A stretch of 64,000 bases of DNA from an uncultured cyanobacterium (GCA_963740315.1 CAVUDP010000002.1:2944001-3008000), one strand, 5' to 3'; positions 30,534 through 40,749 are shown, numbered from the stretch's first letter. Numbers and translations are program-made. The notes: generated by a model not told the origin, from the sequence alone.

Positions 30534-31817
30534 GTGATCTCTGTAAACCCTAATCTCTACAAATACGATTCTTCCCAACAACAGATATATAAACATCTGT
30601 TTGATTTGGTGCAGTTAGAATCTGCTAACAAGACAATTGAACGCTTTCGAGTTTTATTTATCGATGGTACAAATTATCCTCAGAAAGAAATCTTGTCGGC
30701 ATTAGACGAAATTACAGCATCAAACAAAGCTGAAAAAGAATTTCATTTATTTCTAAACCGCTGCTGTCATATTTTAATTAATCGTTGGTATATGCAACCT
30801 CAAACGCATCATGCCATATATCAATTAATTACTATCTTTAATAAACCTCCTTCAAAAAAAAGAACAATTACTTCGCGGAATAAATCAATTAGACGCTTGC
30901 ACGAATTACTAAAAGGTTTTGTTAAAAGCGAACAATATTCAACATTACAGCGTCTTGCCCAAGTTATAAATCGAACCACCCATTCTGAATCTAAAAATGG
31001 CGATCGCTCTTTAATTACTTTAATTCCCCGCTATTCTTATTTACACCAACATTGCTTGCTCAATGAAGACGCGACTATTGAACAACAGTGGATTGTCAAG
31101 CAAATTCAGGCGCAGGTGCAAAAAAAATTTGAAATTGATTTATCTCAATATGTCACCTATCAAGTAAGAGTTGCTCAGGTAGCTGCCAACAATAGCTCCT
31201 TATCAGGAACAAATCGGATTATACACCCCGTAAATAATCCGACATTGTTAAGCGACGATCGGGTAAATCAGGCTTTGAAAAGCTTCATGGGAAAAGTTGA
31301 AGGTGAAAATAGCTATAAAGATTTAGCAAATAATTTTTTACATTACAGCAGTCAAGCGACTTGTTTCCGTGCTTTTAAAGATGATTTATACGAATATCTC
31401 ATATCTGGAATTGATTGGGAATATGGAAAACATCAATTTCACCAGCGATTGTATACTCAACTGCAAAATACTTTACCGCGAGCAGATTTTGAGAAAGTTA
31501 GCGATTTTTTGATAGTGAGAACTTGCACTCAACTACTTAACTTTTTGGTAGTTGAAAGTTCATCATCACCCCAGCATTTTACCTTTATTGATTTAATTAC
31601 CAATCAAGGCTCAATTCGTCTAATTGGGCTATTATTAAAAATTGTTTTGATTTGTCGTAAAGTAAAGCCTTATCTAACCAAGCGCTTTGCAATTTTGTTC
31701 AATCATTATGAATCAAAAAATCATCGCAATATTAATTGGTTTGTAGAAACACTAGAAGAATTGAATATTGCCTTAAGCATTCATTTCGGCAACATTGACT
31801 TATCTTATTTTAAATAA
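30534..31817 (+). CDS. Hypothetical cyanobacterial protein (427 aa, helical)
   Basis: Long ORF; motifs LNRCCHILINRW, NNPTLLSD, FKDDLYEYL resemble a conserved filamentous-cyanobacterial family of unknown function. Confidence 0.8.
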   Translation: MISVNPNLYKYDSSQQQIYKHLFDLVQLESANKTIERFRVLFIDGTNYPQKEILSALDEITASNKAEKEFHLFLNRCCHILINRWYMQPQTHHAIYQLITIFNKPPSKKRTITSRNKSIRRLHELLKGFVKSEQYSTLQRLAQVINRTTHSESKNGDRSLITLIPRYSYLHQHCLLNEDATIEQQWIVKQIQAQVQKKFEIDLSQYVTYQVRVAQVAANNSSLSGTNRIIHPVNNPTLLSDDRVNQALKSFMGKVEGENSYKDLANNFLHYSSQATCFRAFKDDLYEYLISGIDWEYGKHQFHQRLYTQLQNTLPRADFEKVSDFLIVRTCTQLLNFLVVESSSSPQHFTFIDLITNQGSIRLIGLLLKIVLICRKVKPYLTKRFAILFNHYESKNHRNINWFVETLEELNIALSIHFGNIDLSYFK

Positions 31818-32060
31818 GTTGGTAATTGGAACTAGTAGGTTGGGTTAGGCACGAAAAGCAAATTTCACTTGTAACAATAATCTATAAATATCGTGTCGTA
31901 ACCCAACATCATTGGGATAAACAATATTATATAAAGTTGAAATATAGAAGATTTTAGAATATCTACAATTTATGTTGGGTTAGGTTGCAATACTAACTTT
32001 GAACTGGAAACTATTTTCTTCATGCGCTGCGAAGCCAACCTACGAACTATTACCTATTAC

Positions 32061-32885
32061 TTATTCCTCATCTTCCGCAACCGAAAAATCACAAATAGAT
32101 TGAAACGGACAAAAACGACAGTGATAACCGGGATTGGGAGGAAATATCTTACTAAAGCTTTTGTTATTCTGACGATATTTTTGCAAATCTTTTTGATGCT
32201 TTTCGGCAATATAACCGAGATGAAATTCAATCAATCTCAATTCGCTATTACTAACAGTAATTACGTGAGATTTTTTACCCATTTCTAAATTATAAAATGA
32301 AGCGATCGCTTGATATTTTGGGTAAAGATATCGTGCCGCAAGCAAATAAACTAGTGCCTGTCGGCGGTCAAAAGGAGATTTCCCAGTTTTAAAATCTATA
32401 ATATGTAAAGTACTATCGGATTCGTTTAAAACACAGTCCATTGCTGCATACAAACGAAAACGATAGTGTTCGTGTTCTATAAAAATTGGTTTTGGAAAAC
32501 CTTCATCACCACGAGTTAATAACATGATGCGTTTGTTTAAAAGTAAAGGCGCATCTTGATATTTTTGTAATATCTGTCGCACTCGCTGCTGAATTTCGTC
32601 AGCTAAGTTTCCTAATTTTAAAAGCCTTGCAACTTTTTCTACTCCATCATCAGACTTGAGTAGATTTCGATTGTGATGAAACTCATAAACACCTTTTTGT
32701 GCCAATAAGCCGATACGCTGTGATGGAGTAACTTTTGTCTTTAGTAAAGCTTTGACTTTCGCTTCATTTTGACGTGCTTTAATAAATCCCCTTTTCATTT
32801 GACAGTGCCACCGTTGTTGCCCTGAAGCGGGGGCAATCAAGGACCAAAGATGATAGCTGGCGAAAAGTCTTACAGGGCTTGACAT
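32061..32885 (-). CDS. PD-(D/E)XK nuclease, Cas4/AddB-like with Fe-S staple cysteines
   Basis: AMDCV...IIDFKTG...RQALVY nuclease motifs; N-terminal WHCQ and C-terminal CRFCPFQSIC. Confidence 0.85.
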   Translation of the reverse strand: MSSPVRLFASYHLWSLIAPASGQQRWHCQMKRGFIKARQNEAKVKALLKTKVTPSQRIGLLAQKGVYEFHHNRNLLKSDDGVEKVARLLKLGNLADEIQQRVRQILQKYQDAPLLLNKRIMLLTRGDEGFPKPIFIEHEHYRFRLYAAMDCVLNESDSTLHIIDFKTGKSPFDRRQALVYLLAARYLYPKYQAIASFYNLEMGKKSHVITVSNSELRLIEFHLGYIAEKHQKDLQKYRQNNKSFSKIFPPNPGYHCRFCPFQSICDFSVAEDEE

Positions 32886-33295
32886 TGCTATACAGTCGAG
32901 ATAAAAAGCAAGGGGGTAGTATTAGCTACAGATAAACAATGGATGTTTCCGTGTGGTTTTGTGATTAAATACTGAATATTCCAAACTCAACGAGATTAAT
33001 TTTTCTTACACCTCGATCGATTTAAGTAAAATTCGCAGCATTTACTTAAAGGTAAAGCACGGTAAATTATATTCTAATTGAAACTATGAGTCGGAATGCA
33101 AAAAAAAAATTGTATCTTAGAATACTAAATATTAATCGAATTAGTTATTATGCGGTTAAGATAATCATTTGTAAATTTATCATTCTACAACAGTTTGCAT
33201 CTTCAATTGTTAATTTTGCTGTAATATATATAAAAATTAAAGCACCCTTGTCCTAAATTTATTTTTAGGATTTAGATAATATTTTTATAATAAAT

Positions 33296-33571
33296 ATGAA
33301 GACAATTGTAAACCTGCTTGTATCAATAATTGTAGCTTTGTGGATAATCGCGATCGCTATTATCTCGGTGCAAAATGCCACCCCAGTATCGTTAAGATTT
33401 CTTACGTTTGAAACAATTCAAATTCCAGTCGGGTTAATGCTAGCTTTTTGTGTTGCAGTAGGGATGATTGTTACGAGTCTACTGCAACCTTTACGGGGTA
33501 TATCCAATCGACGAAGCACTTCTAGGCGATATGAAGATGATGCCGAATTTTTCGTAGATGAAGATTTTTAA
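33296..33571 (+). CDS. LapA/DUF1049-family small membrane protein
   Basis: Two TM helices; ISVQNATPVSLRFL. Confidence 0.85.
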   Translation: MKTIVNLLVSIIVALWIIAIAIISVQNATPVSLRFLTFETIQIPVGLMLAFCVAVGMIVTSLLQPLRGISNRRSTSRRYEDDAEFFVDEDF

Positions 33572-33648
33572 AGTTTTGTAAATTAAGGTTTGTAGTAAGG
33601 CTTTAACCCTAAATTCGAGCGATAAATCGCTGACTACGAACCTAACTC

Positions 33649-36549
33649 CTATTTTGCTTCCATCCAATTATCACCCGCACTTGCTTCTACCAACAAAGGA
33701 ACACTTAACTTGAGTGCATTTTCCATCACCGACTTAATTTTGATTTGTAACTCTTCCCACTCTTGAGGAGGCACTTCAAAAATTAATTCATCGTGAACTT
33801 GTAACAACAATCTTGCTTGATAATCCCTCAATTCTTCCTGCATCTTTATCGTGGCAATTTTAATAATGTCGGCACTAGAACCTTGAATTGGTGCATTAGC
33901 AGCAGCACGCAATAAACCCGCATCGTAAGCACCTATATTCTTCAATTTACTTAAGTCAATTTCTTCTGGGGGAACATTTTTGAGGTTCTGTAAATTTCTA
34001 CTGGTAAAATCAACATAACGTCTACGTCCTAAAATTGTTTCTACATAACCGTATCGAATGGCTTGTTTTTTCAAACCTTCCAAGAATTCAAAAACTTTTG
34101 GATAGCGAGAGTAAAACCTTTTAATAAATTCATTGGCAAGATTTTTATCTATACCAGTTGAACGAGAAAATCTCAACGAACCCATTCCGTAAATTACACC
34201 AAAATTAATAGTTTTCGCTATCCGTCTTTCATCTGATGTAATATCATCTTTTTCATATACCAACCGCGCCGTCACGGTATGTATATCTTGATTATTATTA
34301 TAAGCTTCGACTAAAACGGGTTCTTGACTCAGATGAGCCAAAATTCTTAATTCAATTTGCGAGTAATCAGCCGCTGCTATTAACCAACCTGTTTCCGGGA
34401 TAAAAGCTTGACGAATTTTACGGCTAAAAGCTGTACGAATCGGAATATTTTGTAAGTTTGGATTGGAAGAAGATAACCTTCCAGTTGATGTTGCCGTTTG
34501 ATTAAAATCTGTATGTACGCGCTTCGTATCTTCCCGTACTAAAGCAGGAAGTGCATCTACATAAGTAGACTTTAATTTAGATAAAGTGCGATGTTCAAGA
34601 ATAGCCTCAATAATTCCAGTTTCATCGTCTTCTTGCAGCTTTTCTAAAGTTGCTGCATCTGTAGAATATCCGGTTTTAATTTTACGAGAATGCTTTTTAT
34701 TTAAACCCAAATTATCAAATAATATTTGACTCAACTGCTTGGGAGAACCTAGATTAAATTTTTCTCCAGCTATTTCCTGTACTTGCTGTTCTAACTTAGC
34801 TAAATCAATTTCTAACTGCTGCGAAAGTTCTTTTAAATAATCCGTATCAACGCGAATTCCTTGATATTCCATATCCGCCAAAACTGCTTCTAGAGGCTGT
34901 TCTACTTCTAATAAAAGCTTTGATAAAATAGGTATTTTATCTAATTCTTGCCGCAGTTTTGCGACTAATTGAAATGTGCTATAAGCATCCATCCCACAGT
35001 AATCTGCTACTTCAGCAATGCTAATATCGGCAATAGTTTGACCTTTAGGAACCAATTCAAGATAACTTTTAGCCATCAAACCCAAGTATTTTTGAGAAAG
35101 TTCGCTTAAACTATGGCTGCTGTCGGGATTGAGAACGTAACTTGCTAACATGGAGTCAAATATTACTCCTGCGATTTTAATTCCCTGACATCGTAAAACC
35201 AAGCGGTCAAATTTAGTATTTTGAAAAGCTTTCGGATAATCTGCACTTTCTAAAATTGGACGTAGCGCTTCCAAAGCAACATTTTTATCGAGATTCTGAC
35301 CGTTTTTATGTCCCACCGGAATATAGGCAACTTCTTTTTCTTCAGTTCCCCAGCAACAGCCAATTCCGACTAATTGTGCATCTCGCGGTTCTAAATCGGT
35401 TGTTTCAGTATCCCAAGCAACAGGCGTTTCCGTTGTAAATTTTTGGAGTATTTTAACTAATTCTTTGAGTTTTGCTTCCGTATCGATGATGCGCGGTTTA
35501 ATTGGAGAAGTTTTTTGCTTTTGGGATTCTTCTGTTTGTTTAGCAGTCCAAAACCACAAATCATCATCTTCAATTTCTACAGCTTCGGTTTGTGTTGTTT
35601 CTTCAACATTACCGCCAAACTTTTGTTGAAGCTGATTAATTTTTTTTAAAAAAGAACTAAATTCTAACTTTTCTAAAATCGGTTTGAGTTCGCTATCCTC
35701 AAAACCTTTTAATTTACACTCTTCTAAATCAACTTCTAACGGAACATCTTCAACTATCTTCGCTAAAAACTTCGATTTTTCTGCGTCTTCCTTACCTGCT
35801 TCAAGTTTCTTGTAAGTCGCGCCTTTTATTTCCTCTAAAGACTGATAAACTTTGTCCAGAGTACCGTAAGTATCGAGCAACTGTACCGCTGTTTTCTCTC
35901 CAATTCCCTTCACGCCGGGAATATTATCTGATTTATCGCCGCAAAGCGCTTTAAAATCAACAACTTGGGTTGGTAAAACTCCTAACTTTTCTTTAACTTC
36001 TTCCGAATGAAATTCTTTAGGTCCCGTACTCGATCGCTGTAGAGCTTCTTTATTCAAATACAAAACGCTAATTTGCTTGTTTTCGTCAACTAACTGAAAT
36101 AAATCTCGATCGCCTGTGAGGATTTTAACTTGATATCCTGCCTTAGATGCCTTTTGCGCTAAAGTTCCTAAAACATCATCTGCTTCAAAACCCGCAGCAG
36201 TTAATATTGGTAAATTTAATCCCGTAAGTAACTCGTGGAGATTTTCCAAATCGGGAATAAAATCTTCCGGAGTTCCCGGACGATCGGCTTTATAGGTATC
36301 ATCAGCTTGATGGCGGAAAGTTGGTAAACCCAAATCAAAAGCAACCGCGATCGCTTCAGGTTGCTGCTTTTCCATCACTTCCAGCAACGACTTAATAAAG
36401 CCAAAACACACGCTAGTGGGTATACCAGTTTTGGTACGAAGTCCACCATCTCGTCCTTTGGCGAAAGCGAAGTAAGAACGAAATGCAAGGGAATGTCCGT
36501 CAACTAAGACGAATGTGGGATTTTTAGGAGAAGTTATATCGGAAGTCAT
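33649..36549 (-). CDS. polA: DNA polymerase I
   Basis: LVDGHSLAFRSY, EADDVLGT, DKSDNIPGV, DTETT, TGRLSSSNPNLQNIP, DYSQIELR, QVHDE. Confidence 0.99.
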   Translation of the reverse strand: MTSDITSPKNPTFVLVDGHSLAFRSYFAFAKGRDGGLRTKTGIPTSVCFGFIKSLLEVMEKQQPEAIAVAFDLGLPTFRHQADDTYKADRPGTPEDFIPDLENLHELLTGLNLPILTAAGFEADDVLGTLAQKASKAGYQVKILTGDRDLFQLVDENKQISVLYLNKEALQRSSTGPKEFHSEEVKEKLGVLPTQVVDFKALCGDKSDNIPGVKGIGEKTAVQLLDTYGTLDKVYQSLEEIKGATYKKLEAGKEDAEKSKFLAKIVEDVPLEVDLEECKLKGFEDSELKPILEKLEFSSFLKKINQLQQKFGGNVEETTQTEAVEIEDDDLWFWTAKQTEESQKQKTSPIKPRIIDTEAKLKELVKILQKFTTETPVAWDTETTDLEPRDAQLVGIGCCWGTEEKEVAYIPVGHKNGQNLDKNVALEALRPILESADYPKAFQNTKFDRLVLRCQGIKIAGVIFDSMLASYVLNPDSSHSLSELSQKYLGLMAKSYLELVPKGQTIADISIAEVADYCGMDAYSTFQLVAKLRQELDKIPILSKLLLEVEQPLEAVLADMEYQGIRVDTDYLKELSQQLEIDLAKLEQQVQEIAGEKFNLGSPKQLSQILFDNLGLNKKHSRKIKTGYSTDAATLEKLQEDDETGIIEAILEHRTLSKLKSTYVDALPALVREDTKRVHTDFNQTATSTGRLSSSNPNLQNIPIRTAFSRKIRQAFIPETGWLIAAADYSQIELRILAHLSQEPVLVEAYNNNQDIHTVTARLVYEKDDITSDERRIAKTINFGVIYGMGSLRFSRSTGIDKNLANEFIKRFYSRYPKVFEFLEGLKKQAIRYGYVETILGRRRYVDFTSRNLQNLKNVPPEEIDLSKLKNIGAYDAGLLRAAANAPIQGSSADIIKIATIKMQEELRDYQARLLLQVHDELIFEVPPQEWEELQIKIKSVMENALKLSVPLLVEASAGDNWMEAK

Positions 36550-37070
36550 TCAATTTTAGATTTTTGGATTGAAGCTATGCGATCGGAGCGTGTACTAAGG
36601 ACATCTACTTATTTTAATCAGTTGCTTCGGTTTTGGAACATTTGTTTTAGTCGAGAAGTTAAATTTTGCGATCGCGATCGTGCTTAGGTAGGCATCAGCT
36701 TGTAGAATTGCCTGCTTGTGTATGAGTTGCGATCGTTTTAGCTTTTGAGAAATCTGGTTTTTTGATTGTCAGTCTGTGCATAAGTTCGACTTAAATTAAT
36801 AAAGTGTCTTTATAAATATCAATATAATCTTTATCCAAATTCTTTTTTGCAGTCATGAGTTAACATTGCGGCTTCAACTGTATTATCGGATTGATTCTTT
36901 TTAACTTTATAAATAACAGAAAAATAGACCATTTTTGCATCGCTAAACTTTAAACTTTAATCCGGATGTTTGCGGATGTGTTCTAAAGGGCTGATAGAGC
37001 AGAATTAAACAAGAAGCGCAATAAAAAACAAATTGCTTGTTGTAATAAGATTTAAAAATCAGGGGATACA

Positions 37071-37374
37071 ATGAAATTTAATCAATTAATTACTTCTATT
37101 GGTTTAACAGTAAGTACAATTTTATTTGTTTCTAATTCTGCTCAAACTGTAATTTTTACAACTAACGTCAGCCAAAAAACTGATAGCACAAAAGATATTT
37201 TATTACAATCTATTGAGCAAAATGGTAAGACAATCGATCGATTTTCCTTTGTTCAATAAGCTGTAATTAACAAAAATACCGAAAGAACCAAAAATAAAAA
37301 TAGCGGCGCTGCAAGTTATAGATAAAGGCGATAATGCTAGCGCTCCTACAATTACCAGTGAAGATCCAGATTTC
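37071..37374 (+). pseudogene. 5' remnant of a secreted PEP-CTERM-type surface protein (XDP2-like)
   Basis: Signal peptide, then FTTNVSQ...DILLQSIEQNG; in-frame TAA at 37257; continues NSGAAS, frameshift, DKGDNASAP...SEDP; similarity recalled, not searched. Confidence 0.55.
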
Positions 37375-37450
37375 AGCCAAATTGGGCAACAGCAACTTAA
37401 ACAATATATAAGAAGGCATACCCACACTTAATCTATTACTATACAAAGGT

Positions 37451-38494
37451 TTATTCTTTTAGGTAACAATTTTCACAATAGTTGGGTAAATTGTGAGTTC
37501 TAATTCTTTCTCGAAAGTCTTGGTATTTTTCGGAGTTCCAGATTTTTGCAAAATCCTCTTCAAAAACATTACCCATTTTGACGGTATCTGAATCCGCTAG
37601 TATACAGCAAGGAACAACATCACCATCGGAAGAAATATAAGTACTCTTCCAAGCCCAAGGACATTTTTTTTGTTTTGAATAAAAATCACCATGATTGATA
37701 TCAAAATCTATTTGATTTTCCCTAGCTACTTCCTTAGCTTCTGCTAGAGTACTAGTTAATTGTTTAGAATTTAAGCTAGCTTTGATGGAGTTGTTGTATT
37801 CTTTCATTTCCTTTTTACCCCAGTCACTTAGAAAAGGTTGCAAAGTAATACAATCTACTCCCAAATCACTAGCTAATTTTACTATTTGTGATAATTCATG
37901 AATATTTTTATTCGTAACTACAGTGTAAACCGAGAGCATCGGTTGTTTTTTACCATTACGAATACGATTCAAATTTTGAATGTTTTTCCGAATTTCCTCA
38001 AATTTACCTCCAATTCGGATACTTTCAAAAGTTTCTACTGTTGCTCCATCAATACTGAAAGTAATACTAGTATTATTTAATTGGGCAAGCTGCTCGGCTA
38101 TTTTTTGATTACAAAGGCTTGCATTTGAAATGAAATTCATTGATAAACCGTGTTTTTCTCCTAATTTAAGCATGGAAATCAACTGCTTATTAAGTAGAGG
38201 TTCACCCATTCCCTGAAGTTTAACTGTTTCAAGATATGGAAATTGATCTAAAATGCGGCTAAAAGAATTTTTATCTAAATGAATTCTTTCCTTAGACCAG
38301 TAGGTGACTTGACAATGTTGGCACTTAAAATTGCAATTGTTATTTGGTTCTACATCAATATTTAAGGGATAAAAAGGTATTTTTTTCCACTTGAAAATAT
38401 ATGACAATTTTAATCCAATATAATTCCAAAGTCGCAAAGGATTTTTGATTCTCTGTATCCAAACATTTGATTTACCCTGTGTAATAAATGTCAT
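37451..38494 (-). CDS. Radical SAM protein with SPASM/twitch domain
   Basis: CNFKCQHC, GMGEPLL, SIDGAT; C-terminal CPWAW...GDVVPCC...CENC. Confidence 0.93.
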   Translation of the reverse strand: MTFITQGKSNVWIQRIKNPLRLWNYIGLKLSYIFKWKKIPFYPLNIDVEPNNNCNFKCQHCQVTYWSKERIHLDKNSFSRILDQFPYLETVKLQGMGEPLLNKQLISMLKLGEKHGLSMNFISNASLCNQKIAEQLAQLNNTSITFSIDGATVETFESIRIGGKFEEIRKNIQNLNRIRNGKKQPMLSVYTVVTNKNIHELSQIVKLASDLGVDCITLQPFLSDWGKKEMKEYNNSIKASLNSKQLTSTLAEAKEVARENQIDFDINHGDFYSKQKKCPWAWKSTYISSDGDVVPCCILADSDTVKMGNVFEEDFAKIWNSEKYQDFRERIRTHNLPNYCENCYLKE

Positions 38495-38669
38495 TGAATA
38501 TCACCCCATTTAAAAATAATTTTTCTGAAAACCATTAACGTCATTTTTTAGTCGAAGTAGTGTTCCATGAAGAGCTATGGTTGTTTTTCTATTAAAGTTG
38601 TCTTCAGTCTCAATTAAAATTCGTTTTAATATTTTCTCTAAAAAGAATTTACCATTAAATGGGAAGCTA

Positions 38670-38698
38670 GCGCACCGACGGCAGCACTGGCTGATCGC
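38670..38698. mobile_element. SDR5-like 21-nt insertion splitting a HIP1 site
   Basis: GCG-[CACCGACGGCAGCACTGGCTG]-ATCGC; removing 21 nt restores GCGATCGC. Confidence 0.65.
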
Positions 38699-38815
38699 AA
38701 TCTATGATGATTATGATTTTAATACTTGGTGATTTTATTTCTTGGAAGTCCCTTATTTGCGCTGCACCTGTTAACCTCTAACTGGGAGTATTTAAATTAA
38801 CTGGAATCTAATAGC

Positions 38816-39661
38816 ATGGGGAATACAGTCGCCCAAGACATTAAACTACTAGTCTTAGATATTGATGGCACCATCGCAGGAGAATCAAATCAAATCAGCG
38901 ATCGCGTAATAGAAGCGGTTAATGCAGCCCAAGCAAAAGGAATTCAAGTTGCGATCGCCACTGGTAGAATGTATTGTTCGGCTTTGCGCTACCACAAACA
39001 AATCGGCTCAACTCTACCGTTGATAGCCTATCAGGGGGCTTGGATTCAAGATCCGGTTTCCCAAAAAGTTCATCAGCATTTATCCGTTCCCAAGCAAGTT
39101 GCATTAAAGCTGTTGGATTATTTTGAACAACCCCAACTACGTCAACTTTTATCCGTCCACTTCTATATAAATGACCAACTTTACGTCCGAGAATTAACCA
39201 AAGAATCCCAAATCTACGGACAACGTTCTGGTATTACACCAATTCCTGTAGGGGACTTACGCTCAAGTTTAAGCAATGAACCGACAAAAATTCTCGCTTT
39301 ATGCGAAGATACCGAAGTTATCGATAATTTACTTGGTGATTTGCGCCTTCAATATACTCCAGCAGAACTATACCTGACTAAATCAGTTGCTACCTTTTTT
39401 GAAGCGACTAATCCTTTAGTAAACAAAGGAGCTGCGGTACGCTACATAGCTGAAGAATTATTAGGATTGCAAAAAACTAACGTCATGACTGTTGGCGATA
39501 ACTTTAACGATGTTGAAATGCTCGAATACGCTGGTATTGGTGTAGCAATGGGTAACGCACCAACCCAAGTTCAATCTATCGCTCGCTGGGTAGCTCCAAA
39601 TGTAGAGCAAGATGGAGTAGCCGCAGCAATTGAAAAATTCTTATTAAATAGCGGGTGTTAA
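38816..39661 (+). CDS. Cof-type HAD-IIB hydrolase
   Basis: LDIDGT, ATGR, NKG, GDNFNDVEML, AMGNA. Confidence 0.95.
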   Translation: MGNTVAQDIKLLVLDIDGTIAGESNQISDRVIEAVNAAQAKGIQVAIATGRMYCSALRYHKQIGSTLPLIAYQGAWIQDPVSQKVHQHLSVPKQVALKLLDYFEQPQLRQLLSVHFYINDQLYVRELTKESQIYGQRSGITPIPVGDLRSSLSNEPTKILALCEDTEVIDNLLGDLRLQYTPAELYLTKSVATFFEATNPLVNKGAAVRYIAEELLGLQKTNVMTVGDNFNDVEMLEYAGIGVAMGNAPTQVQSIARWVAPNVEQDGVAAAIEKFLLNSGC

Positions 39662-39760
39662 GTTAACTCTTAGCACTTGCAATTCGGGGCATCCTTGCCC
39701 GTCCAACTTTATTCTAAAAAACTTGCTGTAAAAACTTTGAGAAGCGAACAAATGCTACGA

Positions 39761-39829
39761 AATCAGAAAGGGCACCGACGACTGGCCGTGTTTCGTCTCG
39801 GTGCCCTTAATGGTTCGCTCCTCACACAC
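39761..39829 (-). ncRNA. yfr2: Yfr2-family small RNA
   Basis: Minus strand GTGTGTGAGGAGCGAACC, then a 10-bp stem (AGGGCACCGA/TCGGTGCCCT) carrying GAAACACGG and a U-rich end; 5' GTGTGAGGAG is complementary to the Yfr1 CTCCTCACAC motif. Confidence 0.8.
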
Positions 39830-39834
39830 TTGAT

Positions 39835-39863
39835 AATATATCCAAGGCTATAGGATTAGTCAA
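39835..39863 (-). promoter_or_regulatory. Sigma70-type promoter of the sRNA (TTGACT-N17-TATATT)
   Basis: Near-consensus -35 and -10 with 17-nt spacer, 5 nt upstream of the GTGTGTGAGG start. Confidence 0.75.
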
Positions 39864-39912
39864 TAGGTGTTACAAAAGTTTTTATATTTATCATTAAATG
39901 GTCGGCTCTAAC

Positions 39913-40749
39913 TCATAATTCCGAGCAAGCGGGTATACCCAATTTTTCTTCTAGCAGAAACTTTAATACCAATCGAGTTGTCATAATCAATCCGACTCTA
40001 GCCATAATAACTTCTGGTGGAGTCGTTGAGGTGCCGCAAATGCGACAAGCAGACCAAAAATTTTCAAAAGCTTTTAGTAAACTAAGCGCTGCTCCTTCCC
40101 ATTTGAGCGGACGAGTAATGGCTGGCTCTAACTCATCTACAACTTTTACTAAATTGTTAATTAAACGGCGTTCGGCTTGATGATTCAAATAAAGTTGTTC
40201 GCTAGCGTTAAGCCAAGGTATGGATTCAGAAGCAATTTTATTAGTGTTAAGTAATTTTTCTTGTTGCGCCAGTCGTAACAACGAGCAGCAACGTGCGTGA
40301 ATATATTGAATAGAAAATACAGCATCAGCTTTTAAAGCTAAAGAATTCATTTCAATCCTCTCCTCCCTTCGACGATCGATAAAATGTTGTAACCAACTAG
40401 CTAAAACTAAGTCACTCACTTCTATATAAATCAAACCAGTGGGTAACACAAAAATCTGCAAATCTGTGCCGTAATTTACAGATAAACAAGAAGCTATTGA
40501 GGTTGCTATCGAAAAAGGATGTGAATTATGAGATTTTGAGAGGTGCAACGCAATCCCAGATATATAAGAAATTTTAATATCGTTTTTGCCTTTTGATAGA
40601 GGAATCTCTTTTTTTTCTATATATTTGTTTTGACTTGAGTGAGCATAAATACTTATTGATTCAGTCAAACAACCGTATATTAGCTGGTTTATTGCTGTGT
40701 ATTTGCATACTAGTAGCTTTTGATGCACAGAATATACTGATGACAACAC
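39913..40749 (-). CDS. Stand-alone ArgRS-like protein (DALR anticodon-binding domain, no catalytic core)
   Basis: IQYIHARCCSLLRLA, FWSACRI, ARVGL, LGIPACSEL; no HIGH motif; start uncertain. Confidence 0.8.
   Translation of the reverse strand: MLSSVYSVHQKLLVCKYTAINQLIYGCLTESISIYAHSSQNKYIEKKEIPLSKGKNDIKISYISGIALHLSKSHNSHPFSIATSIASCLSVNYGTDLQIFVLPTGLIYIEVSDLVLASWLQHFIDRRREERIEMNSLALKADAVFSIQYIHARCCSLLRLAQQEKLLNTNKIASESIPWLNASEQLYLNHQAERRLINNLVKVVDELEPAITRPLKWEGAALSLLKAFENFWSACRICGTSTTPPEVIMARVGLIMTTRLVLKFLLEEKLGIPACSEL

Noticed and set aside
38495..38815. RiPP precursor peptide for the radical SAM/SPASM enzyme
   Set aside because: ATG-initiated frames on the coding strand are only 5-6 codons; no PqqD/RRE, protease or transporter genes are nearby.
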